A DNA stretch of 17,603 bases from Staphylococcus phage vB_SauP_phiAGO1.3. The stretch lies in sequence record MG766218.1, one strand, 5' to 3'. The position numbers and the translations under genes were made by a program. The notes under the pieces were generated by a model, which ran no database searches, was not told the DNA's origin, and saw only the letters and a program-made list of their open reading frames with translations. This document shows, piece after piece, positions 7,825 to 16,891 of this stretch; position 1 is the first letter of the stretch; each line of letters opens with the position of its first letter.

Positions 7825-8221
7825 TATTATCACTCTTTTCAGAATCGTTTTTAATTACTCTTAATTTATCTTTAATTTGTTCTGGCACTAACACGTCCAT
7901 TTCTGCACAATTTTCTACGATAGATAAGCCCTCATTAGCGATATAATAGAAAATCGTAATCATGAGTAAGCCACCTTTTAATTGTAAAATCTGGTCAATG
8001 ATATTTGCTAAAATGATAATACAGAATATCAATAATTTTTTAGCAAAACCTTTCATTGATTTTTTTGACCATAAGTTATTATTTTTAATGGCTTTAGCAA
8101 AACCAGTAATAATATCAACAATCATTAAAACAAATAAAAAATATAGTAATTTTAAATCACCTGCATATACGAACATATGAAAAGCTTCTGTATCGGTGAA
8201 TCTTAATTTTACCTCATTCAT
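7799..8221 (-). CDS. Holin (phi29 gp14 / phage_holin_4_1-like)
   Basis: Hydrophobic TM segments (LLYFLFVLMIVDIITGF; LLIFCIIILANII; LLMITIFYYIA) precede a charged C-terminus. The pattern VD..G.....SI.EN is shared with phi29 gp14. ATG at 8221 is preceded by AGAGGGTG with 6-nt spacing. The track start at GTG 8230 is less likely. Confidence 0.7.
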   Translation of the reverse strand: MNEVKLRFTDTEAFHMFVYAGDLKLLYFLFVLMIVDIITGFAKAIKNNNLWSKKSMKGFAKKLLIFCIIILANIIDQILQLKGGLLMITIFYYIANEGLSIVENCAEMDVLVPEQIKDKLRVIKNDSEKSDNNERPREDR

Positions 8222-8222
8222 T

Positions 8223-9986
8223 TTATACACCCTCTCTAAATTTATTATTTAATGGATTTTGTAACATTGGATTACCTGAACCGTCATTATGCCAAAATCT
8301 CACACCCGATTCTAAAATTGCTTTTAATTGCTCCATTAACATGGGGTCAATGTCACGTATAGTATACGTACCTGTACATTTTAAATAGTTGCAAACGGTC
8401 ATACTGTTAATTGGTTCAATAAATGTGTTATAGTCATTCACTTCAAAACCAAACAACATATAATATTTTTGTAAAAATGTAATTTCTTTTGGTGATGGGA
8501 CACTAATCTTCATAGTTAAACCATTAATACTATTTGCGATTTGAAATGCGTTTCCCATTTCTGATTCAGTCACTGAGGGCGGTTGTAAGGCTAAATCTTT
8601 ATATTCTGCTTGTTGTTGTTTGTAGAAATTATATTCTTCATTAAATTTACCAAATAAAGCCGTTGGACTTAAATTACTTGCCACACTTACAGCGTCATAA
8701 AAACGTGATTTTGGGTCACTACCATTTAATACATTATCTATACGACTTGTGATTAATTGACTTTCTGCATTACGCTGTCTATTGGCTTGTTGTGATTGCC
8801 CTAAAATTCCGTTATTAATTAATATAGGGACTTGCGCAAAACTATTAAATGTTATATTTGTATTTAAGAATGAACCTGTATCAATCAATATTTCTTTATT
8901 TTTAGCGAGTATTGGTCTGTCGTTTTCAGCACTGTTATAATCTACTGGATATACTCGAACTTCATTATGATAACCAATAATTGATTTTGTACGTAACTTA
9001 ACACCAGTTTTTTCTGATATTTTACCAGCGTCGAGTAACATTGTATTCCCATTCCAATCATAAAATTCAATCGTCATGTATTCATTACGTATCATATGTT
9101 TAAATTCATCTTTTTTAGATAACATCATCTCTTGAAGTTTTTCAAAACTTAATGATAAATTGTTTAAACTCCATTCTTTTGATTTACCACCTTGTTTTAA
9201 TGTTTTTAAACCTTTAATACTTTCACTTGATTTTACATCTTCTAAATCTTTTTCATTAATAAAGTCTTTAGGTAACATTTGAACCTTTTGAAAGTTTTGT
9301 GTAATCCACGGATAAGCACTCATTTTATCCATAAAATTAATAAAATCCCCGTATTCCATGACGTATAAGTTAACTGGTGATGTGATATTGTCATATATCG
9401 TACCCTTAGATGTATCCAAATTAGGTTCTTTTTTCGTTCCAAATTTCTTTGATAAATCCGCACTTGATTGAAATAATACTAAATTTTCCAAATACTGTTG
9501 CATTTGGTTATACACATAATTTTTGTTCGATACTTTTAATACATCATCATTGTTACGTAACATTGGTAACATATAGTTATACGTGCGTTTAGATAAATGT
9601 TGGCGTTCAATATTAACATTTGAGAGTTGCTCTAATACATTCCCTTGTGTATACGTCATAATAGTATCAATAACAAAATATATTTTAACCACAACGTCAT
9701 TAACGTATTCGATTTGGTTCACAAATGCGTAATAACGTCTGTCCTCAAAATCTGATAAAAAGGTCATATAGTTAATCCCTTGTGCGTCATGCCACTGAAT
9801 ATCAACATTGATTTCCATTCTATCACGTATAAAATTATACGGTTGTTTTGAATAGTCTAACGATTTAAAATGACGACCGTTTAAAAAATAATCATCACGT
9901 TCTTGATTACTATTAAAATGAATAGTATTTTGATAGTCTGTAAACGGTGTGTTATAGAAAAACTTAAAATTTGTTAATTTTCTCAT
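8223..9986 (-). CDS. Tail knob / distal tube protein (phi29 gp9-like)
   Basis: About 587 aa. The N-terminal FFYNTPFTDYQNTIHFNSNQERDDYF resembles phi29 gp9 VPFSNDYKNTRWFTSSSNQYNWF. ATG at 9986 (MRKL) is preferred because the GGAGGT of the RBS (5-nt spacer) lies inside the first four codons of the longer track ORF starting at 9998. Confidence 0.75.
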   Translation of the reverse strand: MRKLTNFKFFYNTPFTDYQNTIHFNSNQERDDYFLNGRHFKSLDYSKQPYNFIRDRMEINVDIQWHDAQGINYMTFLSDFEDRRYYAFVNQIEYVNDVVVKIYFVIDTIMTYTQGNVLEQLSNVNIERQHLSKRTYNYMLPMLRNNDDVLKVSNKNYVYNQMQQYLENLVLFQSSADLSKKFGTKKEPNLDTSKGTIYDNITSPVNLYVMEYGDFINFMDKMSAYPWITQNFQKVQMLPKDFINEKDLEDVKSSESIKGLKTLKQGGKSKEWSLNNLSLSFEKLQEMMLSKKDEFKHMIRNEYMTIEFYDWNGNTMLLDAGKISEKTGVKLRTKSIIGYHNEVRVYPVDYNSAENDRPILAKNKEILIDTGSFLNTNITFNSFAQVPILINNGILGQSQQANRQRNAESQLITSRIDNVLNGSDPKSRFYDAVSVASNLSPTALFGKFNEEYNFYKQQQAEYKDLALQPPSVTESEMGNAFQIANSINGLTMKISVPSPKEITFLQKYYMLFGFEVNDYNTFIEPINSMTVCNYLKCTGTYTIRDIDPMLMEQLKAILESGVRFWHNDGSGNPMLQNPLNNKFREGV

Positions 9987-10000
9987 TTTTACCTCCATAA

Positions 10001-10040
10001 AAATAGTCGTATAAATAATTTATACGACTATTATATCATT
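10001..10040 (-). promoter_or_regulatory. Composite element on the - strand: a TG-extended -10 (TGATATAAT) followed immediately by a hairpin terminator and T-tract
   Basis: TGATATAAT on the - strand is the reverse complement of 10030-10038. A near-perfect palindrome AGTCGTATAAAT/ATTTATACGACT (10005-10029) is followed on the - strand by ATTTTTAT. The tail-knob RBS comes next. Confidence 0.5.
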
Positions 10041-10041
10041 T

Positions 10042-10938
10042 TTATTCAATGATTTGTGTATCTATTACAAAACGTTTATCTCCATTTGTTAAGTCACTAT
10101 CTTGATAAGATGATGTAACAAAATGTAATTCGTTTTTAAAATTTAAATACATTCTTGTATTTATCATTTTTGTATCAATGGCACATTGTGTATAGTGATG
10201 TGTTGTTTTTAAATTTGCATTAATACTACCTAATTTAATATCTCCGTTTTTCTTAATTCCTTTTAATACCCCTTTTATTTGTATGATACGAATATTATTA
10301 ATTGTAATAATACGGTATTGCGGAGAAGGATAACCACCATTACTATCGCTTACGGTAATACCACTTTCTAATGTTATATCTTGCCAACCTGTATCATTAA
10401 CAGTTGTTTTTGAAGCTTCAATTTTTTTATAAATTTCTAAATTGTTATTAGATACAGTTGAAGCTAAATTTTCTATACTTTGTTTATTTTGTCCAGTAGC
10501 TTCTTTTGTAGCGATAATATCTTGTTTGTTTTTTTCAATATCTGATTCATTTTCTTTATTTTTATCATCTAATAAATGAATAGCTGATTCATGATTATTT
10601 AATGTATTTGAAAATTCTGATTGAACATCAGATAAATTTTTTATTTTTTTATCTTGTTGTATATTATCCTCTTTAATATGAATAATATCTGTAGCGTTTT
10701 GAGATATATTGCTTTTATTTGTAGCAATGTCACTTTTGTTTTTACTAATTTCATTCATATTTGTATTAATTTTTTCTAATAATTCATCTTTAAAAGTTAA
10801 CTTATAATAATCCTCATCACGTTTTATATAAATGTTGTCATCTTTAGTTGTTATTAAGTCATTTGCTTCAACTAAATTGTCGTTTAATTTATCAACAGAA
10901 TCAATGTTTCTTAAACTTCTTACAATTCTATCAGCCAT
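10042..10938 (-). CDS. Coiled-coil fibre-like structural protein (298 aa), possibly a head fibre
   Basis: The N-terminal two thirds are coiled-coil-like and rich in charged residues and Asn/Ser, ending in a globular C-terminal domain. RBS AAGAGGTG then TAAAA then ATG. Its position among the tail genes leaves the assignment to head or tail unclear. Confidence 0.55.
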   Translation of the reverse strand: MADRIVRSLRNIDSVDKLNDNLVEANDLITTKDDNIYIKRDEDYYKLTFKDELLEKINTNMNEISKNKSDIATNKSNISQNATDIIHIKEDNIQQDKKIKNLSDVQSEFSNTLNNHESAIHLLDDKNKENESDIEKNKQDIIATKEATGQNKQSIENLASTVSNNNLEIYKKIEASKTTVNDTGWQDITLESGITVSDSNGGYPSPQYRIITINNIRIIQIKGVLKGIKKNGDIKLGSINANLKTTHHYTQCAIDTKMINTRMYLNFKNELHFVTSSYQDSDLTNGDKRFVIDTQIIE

Positions 10939-10999
10939 TTTTACACCTCTTATTTATATCGTTTCCAACTAAACTCAAAGAAAAATCCTAAAATACCCA

Positions 11000-11749
11000 T
11001 TATGAGAACACCCCCCACGGAATACCAACACTGTAACTATTACCTGTTTTACCATTCCATTGCCTTACTGGTAAATAATAACGTGTACCTTGCCAATTAT
11101 AACCAATCCATACATAACCGTCTGATAAGCAAACCTCGTCATATGGTGTATATCCACCAGGTTGAAACCAGTAGCCGTTAGGTTCAGATAATTTAGGACT
11201 ACCAACATGTGCAAATATTGGTAAAAAGCCACATGTAAATGTTGCATTTTCATTTCTATAATATGTGCCGTATTGATTTTGTTTCCAGTTGTTAGTTTTT
11301 TGAATATTTTGTTCTAATACTTTACTATCACTATTTGAAAATTTTGGACGAATAAAGTGTGTTACACCGTCATAATAATGTGTTCTTATTGTTGCTTTTT
11401 CCCAACCGTCAAAACCTCCACCTAACCAGTTTTGTTCTAGACATGTATAATAATCTAAATTCCCGCTTGTTACACATTGGATATGACCATATTGAGAATT
11501 AGTATAAACAGCAATGTCACCTAATTGAGGTTTAAAGCTCGGTGTATTTTCATACACCGTTGCTAAACCTTTAAAGTCATTATTAATGGCGTCTTTGGCG
11601 TTGCCCCACATACGAACTTTACCGTCTGTAATGTAATATACATAAGCAACAGCTAAGTCCATACATTGAAATCCATATGCACCATCAAAGTTAACACCTA
11701 CACCCTCATGATTATATATCCATTCTTTTGCTTGTTGTAGTGATTTCAT
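11000..11749 (-). CDS. Endolysin: N-terminal CHAP peptidase plus C-terminal SH3b-type cell-wall binding domain
   Basis: The CHAP catalytic Cys (GFQCMDLAVAY) and His (YGHIQCV) are present. The C-terminal YYLPVRQWNGKTGNSYSVGIPWG is SH3b-like. From memory, it is very similar to staphylococcal podovirus endolysins of the P68 Lys16 / SAL-2 type. RBS AGGAGTG. Confidence 0.88.
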   Translation of the reverse strand: MKSLQQAKEWIYNHEGVGVNFDGAYGFQCMDLAVAYVYYITDGKVRMWGNAKDAINNDFKGLATVYENTPSFKPQLGDIAVYTNSQYGHIQCVTSGNLDYYTCLEQNWLGGGFDGWEKATIRTHYYDGVTHFIRPKFSNSDSKVLEQNIQKTNNWKQNQYGTYYRNENATFTCGFLPIFAHVGSPKLSEPNGYWFQPGGYTPYDEVCLSDGYVWIGYNWQGTRYYLPVRQWNGKTGNSYSVGIPWGVFS

Positions 11750-11766
11750 TTATATCACTCCTATTT

Positions 11767-13704
11767 TTAATGTTTTGCTACCCAATCATATTCACGATGT
11801 TTTGTTTCTGCATTAACATTACTGAAAAATTCTTTATATACGGAAACATTAGCCTCAAGGGTTTGCCTTACTTCACCGACGGCGTTACCACTTGAAACAC
11901 GTAACCACGCACCCACTTTTTTAATTTCTTCTGGCGCGTCTTTGAATAATTCCATTTGGTTACCTGTAATGTAATACTCACCAGGTGTCGTTACATAAGC
12001 TATCCAGTTATTATATTGACTTGCTTCTAAATATTCTTGATGTGCTGAGTCAGTTTTGATTGTTGTCCATAAACCATAATCCCATTTTAATGTAAATACG
12101 TCGAGTGTCATACCACGCACCATTTTAATCATTTTACGACCTGTTGAGAAACGTGTTAATTCTTGTACAGTACCTAATGTTTGTGTTGTAGGGTACACAT
12201 TAATGAAACAACCAGCGTCAATGATACGCTTACTACCATTCATTGGCATATTCTTAAGTTTTTCTGCAGTACCACCGTCAATATAATAAAAACCAGCTTG
12301 CGTTAAATCGTTTAAATCGTCGATATGGTCTGGAATAGATAATGCACGACCGTCGTCTTTTGTTAATTTATAGTTTTGTGCTCCTCTTGCGCGTAATGCT
12401 TCAAAGTGTTCATACTCACCAAGTTGGAAGAAACCATATAAATTATGGAAACGTTTTCCACCACCGCCATTTGTCATAGCAAGTAATAACGATTTACGTT
12501 TTGTTTTTGGATTTGTATAAATACAAATACCCTCAGGCTCTTTAAAGTTATCACGTGGAAAATTAATCCCGTCTTGATATGATAATTTAAACGGATAATC
12601 ATAAATCTTTTGACCTGTTGTTAATGAATATTTACCAATTTGAACGTGTGAATTAACTGAACTGTTACCACTTAACCAGTATAAATCGTCACCGTCAACA
12701 GCGATGCCTTGCATCCAACGATCATCATTGTTTTCTGAATTATCAATTGTCATTTCTTTTTCTACATTATCAATGTGATTTTTTACGTCTGCTCTTGAAC
12801 GCACCTGTATCGTACCGTCGCCGAATCTTAAAACGAGTTTGTCATTTGCTTCATCAATTAACGGTGTAAATGAATGTTTGTTTAAAAGTGACTGTGGTGT
12901 ATAATCTGTTAATCCTTTTGCTTCTTCTAAATCTAATACATAATTATCTTTATAAGCAACTTGTAAAAGTTTTGCTACACCATCATGATGTAACCATATT
13001 TTCATTTCTCCGTTGGATTGACGTTCTAAACCGATTGTAGTACCATGACCACCTTGTACTATACGCATACTAGAAATTAAATCACCACTAGGTGTTAATT
13101 TATTAATCCAAAAACCTTCAGGATTTTGTGAGTCAGATTGTGTAGAGTACATTTGATTAGTCTCTTTATCAATATTAATAGATTGGTTAACAGCATTACG
13201 AATACCACCAAATCCCATCACAAACTTTGGTTCGAGTTCATTTAATTCAAAACCATTAACAAAACGGTCAATATCTTTGATTAATTCTTTGACTTCGGCT
13301 TTAAAGTCATTCATTTGTTTCATTTCAGAAGCTTTAAATAATGCAAATGCAGTTGTTAAACCTGCACTATATTTTATAAACTCATCATGAATGATTTTAT
13401 CAATCGTACCGTCGTTTAACCAACCTCTAAATAAATCTTTTGCTTGTTCTGGAAAAGCTTTCATTAAGTCGTCCCAATTTTTAAAACGTTTTTTAAGTTC
13501 ATCATCATATTCCCAAATACGACGAGCTAATACTTCAATTAAACGTGATAACTTTGATAAGTAATCATAATACGATTTTGAATTTGTATTATAATCTGCT
13601 CTATCATCATAAAACGGTGTATATCTTTCTCTTGTTTTATATATTTCGTCTATAAAAGGACGGATGTCATCAAAATATTTAAAATCATTTTCATTAAATG
13701 CCAT
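11767..13704 (-). CDS. Tail fibre / pre-neck appendage (receptor-binding protein), 645 aa
   Basis: Large late protein between the lower collar and the endolysin, the position and size of the P68-type tail fibre. RBS AAAGGTGG. Confidence 0.65.
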   Translation of the reverse strand: MAFNENDFKYFDDIRPFIDEIYKTRERYTPFYDDRADYNTNSKSYYDYLSKLSRLIEVLARRIWEYDDELKKRFKNWDDLMKAFPEQAKDLFRGWLNDGTIDKIIHDEFIKYSAGLTTAFALFKASEMKQMNDFKAEVKELIKDIDRFVNGFELNELEPKFVMGFGGIRNAVNQSINIDKETNQMYSTQSDSQNPEGFWINKLTPSGDLISSMRIVQGGHGTTIGLERQSNGEMKIWLHHDGVAKLLQVAYKDNYVLDLEEAKGLTDYTPQSLLNKHSFTPLIDEANDKLVLRFGDGTIQVRSRADVKNHIDNVEKEMTIDNSENNDDRWMQGIAVDGDDLYWLSGNSSVNSHVQIGKYSLTTGQKIYDYPFKLSYQDGINFPRDNFKEPEGICIYTNPKTKRKSLLLAMTNGGGGKRFHNLYGFFQLGEYEHFEALRARGAQNYKLTKDDGRALSIPDHIDDLNDLTQAGFYYIDGGTAEKLKNMPMNGSKRIIDAGCFINVYPTTQTLGTVQELTRFSTGRKMIKMVRGMTLDVFTLKWDYGLWTTIKTDSAHQEYLEASQYNNWIAYVTTPGEYYITGNQMELFKDAPEEIKKVGAWLRVSSGNAVGEVRQTLEANVSVYKEFFSNVNAETKHREYDWVAKH

Positions 13705-13717
13705 TATTTAACCACCT

Positions 13718-14473
13718 TTACCATATTTGTAAAAAACATTTTTTATCAAATTCATTTAAAATTTTCTTTCTTAAATCATACGCTTTATCAATGTTATCAA
13801 TTAAATACTGCTTTGTGAATTGTGTTCCTTTTGCATTACCTTTTTGATTTTGATTACGTTTTGAATTTTGATTGCTTTCATTACTTGATTTATTAACTGT
13901 TTTACCATTATCAATCGTATTATTATCTGCAAATTGTAATGTTGTATTTTCAACATCAATGTTAACCTCGCTTTGTGGTAATGAAGCATAAGCATTTCTA
14001 TTTGCAGTCATGCCAGTTGAATTGTCTAATGATGTTGCATTTTGATTTAATGTTTCATCAGTATTGTTTGTTGTATCTTCGTTGTGTTCTGTATACCCTT
14101 GAGATTGTAAATATTTTTCGACTTCACTTGATGAATATACCACATTTAAATAATCCTCGTGTGTAATACATACAGTAATAACTTGCATACCAAATGCCTC
14201 AACTGTTTGTCTGTTGATTTCTCTATCTAAAAAATGAATCGTAAATGATTTTTTAAAAAGTAAATCTGATAATTCATCTTTTAATGAAAAACCTTTAAAA
14301 ACTTTTTCATTAACAATTGCTAAAACGTCTTTGTCAAATTTCAACATTTTTTGCATAAATTGAAACTCGTCATCATAAAACGTTAATTTATTATCATTTA
14401 CAAATTCATTGAAACCTTTTTTTATCAATTCTGATTTAATAAAATCATATAAAGTCATTGTATATCTAGCCAT
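13718..14473 (-). CDS. Lower collar protein (phi29 gp11-like), 251 aa
   Basis: It sits immediately after the portal gene and overlaps it by 8 nt. It has an Asn/Thr-rich C-terminal half. The call rests on synteny with phi29/P68. Confidence 0.6.
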   Translation of the reverse strand: MARYTMTLYDFIKSELIKKGFNEFVNDNKLTFYDDEFQFMQKMLKFDKDVLAIVNEKVFKGFSLKDELSDLLFKKSFTIHFLDREINRQTVEAFGMQVITVCITHEDYLNVVYSSSEVEKYLQSQGYTEHNEDTTNNTDETLNQNATSLDNSTGMTANRNAYASLPQSEVNIDVENTTLQFADNNTIDNGKTVNKSSNESNQNSKRNQNQKGNAKGTQFTKQYLIDNIDKAYDLRKKILNEFDKKCFLQIW

Positions 14474-15449
14474 TTATATCACTGCTTTCATCTTTAAAAA
14501 GTGTATCTACCATTGATATTTTAGACGTTGTTTCATCATCATAATACGGTTTAATATCTAAACCATAACGTTTTGATAAAAACGTAATAGGTTCTCGACC
14601 TTTTAAATAAATGTTACTATTTGATGTTGTAAAACCACGATTACTTTTTGCCTCTTCGTCTGAAACACCGCTTTCTTTATCAACGGCTAATGAATTTATG
14701 CCTAAATAGTTACTTAATTCACTAATTTTATTTTGGTATTCTCTTTTCATTTCTGTTAAAGCAGGTATCACACTATTACTTGTTAAGTCAATAATATCAT
14801 CATCAGCATTGAACATAGGGGACATTTTAACAAATGGTGCACCGTTATATATTTCGGACACAAGTTGATTGATTGACTCGTCATTAATTTCAGATTTAAA
14901 TATCTTGCTAAATTTAGCTTGCATAATTAATGAAAAACGAGATAAAACTACTTCCGCTAATTCATCTGTATAATGCTCTATAATTTCAATATCACTATTA
15001 TATTGTATAGGTTTGTTTTGCATAACAACAAAATTACCACTCATACAGTTATCATATTGTTTATGAATTTGTAAGCATTCATCTGGTATTAAATAGTCAG
15101 GTACAATAAAATAAATATCTTCTTTTGTTAATCGTTTTTGAAATTGGAAATTAAAGTTTGATGAAAAATTTGGTGCTTGATTAAAATAGGTATTATTTAC
15201 ATAACCAAGTATCATAATTTGTTTATTTCTAGCTTCTCCAACAACTACATTAATATTTTGCCTTAATGCAGACTCTAACTGTATAAAATCTATACCAACC
15301 GTGTCACGATTGGTATAGTTTATAAGTAGGGGTAAAAATTCCAAATAACGATTAAACATAAGACGTTTAAATCTGTTGCGATGTTCAACAACTCTTTTGT
15401 TGATTTCTTTTGATAATTCAACGTTTAAACCTCTTTTATCGTTGTTCAT
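14466..15449 (-). CDS. Portal / upper collar (connector) protein, 327 aa
   Basis: It is immediately downstream of the capsid gene, similar in size to the phi29 gp10 connector (309 aa), and has an acidic C-terminus. RBS AAAAGGAGCG. Confidence 0.65.
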   Translation of the reverse strand: MNNDKRGLNVELSKEINKRVVEHRNRFKRLMFNRYLEFLPLLINYTNRDTVGIDFIQLESALRQNINVVVGEARNKQIMILGYVNNTYFNQAPNFSSNFNFQFQKRLTKEDIYFIVPDYLIPDECLQIHKQYDNCMSGNFVVMQNKPIQYNSDIEIIEHYTDELAEVVLSRFSLIMQAKFSKIFKSEINDESINQLVSEIYNGAPFVKMSPMFNADDDIIDLTSNSVIPALTEMKREYQNKISELSNYLGINSLAVDKESGVSDEEAKSNRGFTTSNSNIYLKGREPITFLSKRYGLDIKPYYDDETTSKISMVDTLFKDESSDING

Positions 15450-15463
15450 ATTTTACGCTCCTT

Positions 15464-16690
15464 TTATTCTGTTGCTTCTTCCTCTGGCTTTGGTGTTACT
15501 TCTTGGTCAGTAATTAAGATTTTATTAAAGAATGGGCTAATAGCCTTAAATGAATAGTAATGAATCCAGTGTGTAACTTCGTCAAATTCTCCATTATAGA
15601 ATGGTTGTTTTAACATACCCTTTGTATAGCGTTTGTATTTAATTGCATTAATATCTATGATAAACGCATATAAATCTGATTTTGGTTTAATTTCTTCAAT
15701 ATTACCAGTAAACTCTTTAAGTTTAGAAACATCGTAAGTAAATACTGCACCAACTGGAATTGTGTCTTCAATTTGTGACTGATAATCCCCGTAAGCACGT
15801 AAAAAGTCAATTGATTCTTGGTTCTGTAACTTAAACTCTTTCGTTACTTTATACACACCACCTAAATCGTCAAAACTTATAACGTGGTCTGTAAAATCAA
15901 TTCCAGCAATCTGGAAAGTATTCGCAATTTTTGTATCTAAAAGATAAGATTTTAATGAATCTGTTGTTAAAATTACAATATCTTTTAGTTTAGATACAGT
16001 TGTATATTGTCCAATTGCACCACCTGAGGCACGATGAACCTCATTATATTTAGCACTGTTGTTTTGTAAGTTTAAAATTGCCTCAAAAACTTTACTTGCT
16101 AAATCTTCTTTAGATGTTGTTTTACGTACATTTGTATCAGATAATTGATTCAATGAATAATCAACTAACATTGCACGCATTTCTTTTTCTTCTAATACAT
16201 TAATATCAGAAATTTTCTTTTTATATACACCTAAAGCATAATTAGTTGCGTCTGCTAATGTTTGGAAATTGAAACGTGTATCATTATTGTTTAATGTGAA
16301 TTTTTGTTTCTTAACAATACCACTACCATATAACTTAGTAGCCATACGTGGATAGTTACGTTTTAACATTAACTCTTCGTTTTTAGATAAATCCATGTTG
16401 ATTGGAACAGTATCCATAATTACATATTCTTCACTATATTGACCAATAAAGTCTTGTTCTTTAGCTAACCAATTAAAACGATTACCTAAGGCGATATCGA
16501 TTAATAATGTCTCATTAATCTTAGGGAATAAATATTTATTTACAAATGTTTCAAACATTGTATTTGAATTATCCCATTTGTCTCCAAATGTCCAAGATTT
16601 TGAATAATCATGATTAAAATCTTGCAATGCAGATTTTGCAGAATTTGCTACTAAAAGGGCAGTTTCATTTTTTTTACTCGCTTGTGGCAT
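15464..16690 (-). CDS. Major capsid protein, 408 aa
   Basis: Its size and position (third gene of the late operon, just before the portal) match the phi29 gp8 / P68 major head protein. RBS GGAGGAATAATAAATT. Confidence 0.75.
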   Translation of the reverse strand: MPQASKKNETALLVANSAKSALQDFNHDYSKSWTFGDKWDNSNTMFETFVNKYLFPKINETLLIDIALGNRFNWLAKEQDFIGQYSEEYVIMDTVPINMDLSKNEELMLKRNYPRMATKLYGSGIVKKQKFTLNNNDTRFNFQTLADATNYALGVYKKKISDINVLEEKEMRAMLVDYSLNQLSDTNVRKTTSKEDLASKVFEAILNLQNNSAKYNEVHRASGGAIGQYTTVSKLKDIVILTTDSLKSYLLDTKIANTFQIAGIDFTDHVISFDDLGGVYKVTKEFKLQNQESIDFLRAYGDYQSQIEDTIPVGAVFTYDVSKLKEFTGNIEEIKPKSDLYAFIIDINAIKYKRYTKGMLKQPFYNGEFDEVTHWIHYYSFKAISPFFNKILITDQEVTPKPEEEATE

Positions 16691-16696
16691 AATTTA

Positions 16697-16879
16697 TTAT
16701 TCCTCCTCTACGTCTCCGCTAAAAGACTGTTTTGAAAGTGAGTGAATTTGTACACCGTACTCATCCTCGCTTTTATTTACATCAATTGACATATTTTCAT
16801 TTAATTCTGTTCGTTTGTTTAATCTTGAATCTTCATATGATGTTCCCATCATAGAACGCATGTTGTTACCTTCATACAT
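16697..16879 (-). CDS. Small late protein (60 aa), possibly a minor capsid/decoration protein
   Basis: A strong RBS AGGAGGAAAATATT precedes ATG at 16879. It lies between the scaffold-like gene and the capsid gene. Confidence 0.5.
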   Translation of the reverse strand: MYEGNNMRSMMGTSYEDSRLNKRTELNENMSIDVNKSEDEYGVQIHSLSKQSFSGDVEEE

Positions 16880-16891
16880 AATATTTTCCTC

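Noticed and set aside
7962-8180. + strand ORF (72 aa) inside the holin gene
   Set aside because: It is antisense to the holin gene, which has a good RBS and a TM architecture typical of the family.
13801-14166. Overlapping small ORFs on both strands inside the lower collar gene
   Set aside because: Both are nested or antisense within a syntenic structural gene and lack RBSs. AT-rich sequence generates such ORFs at random.
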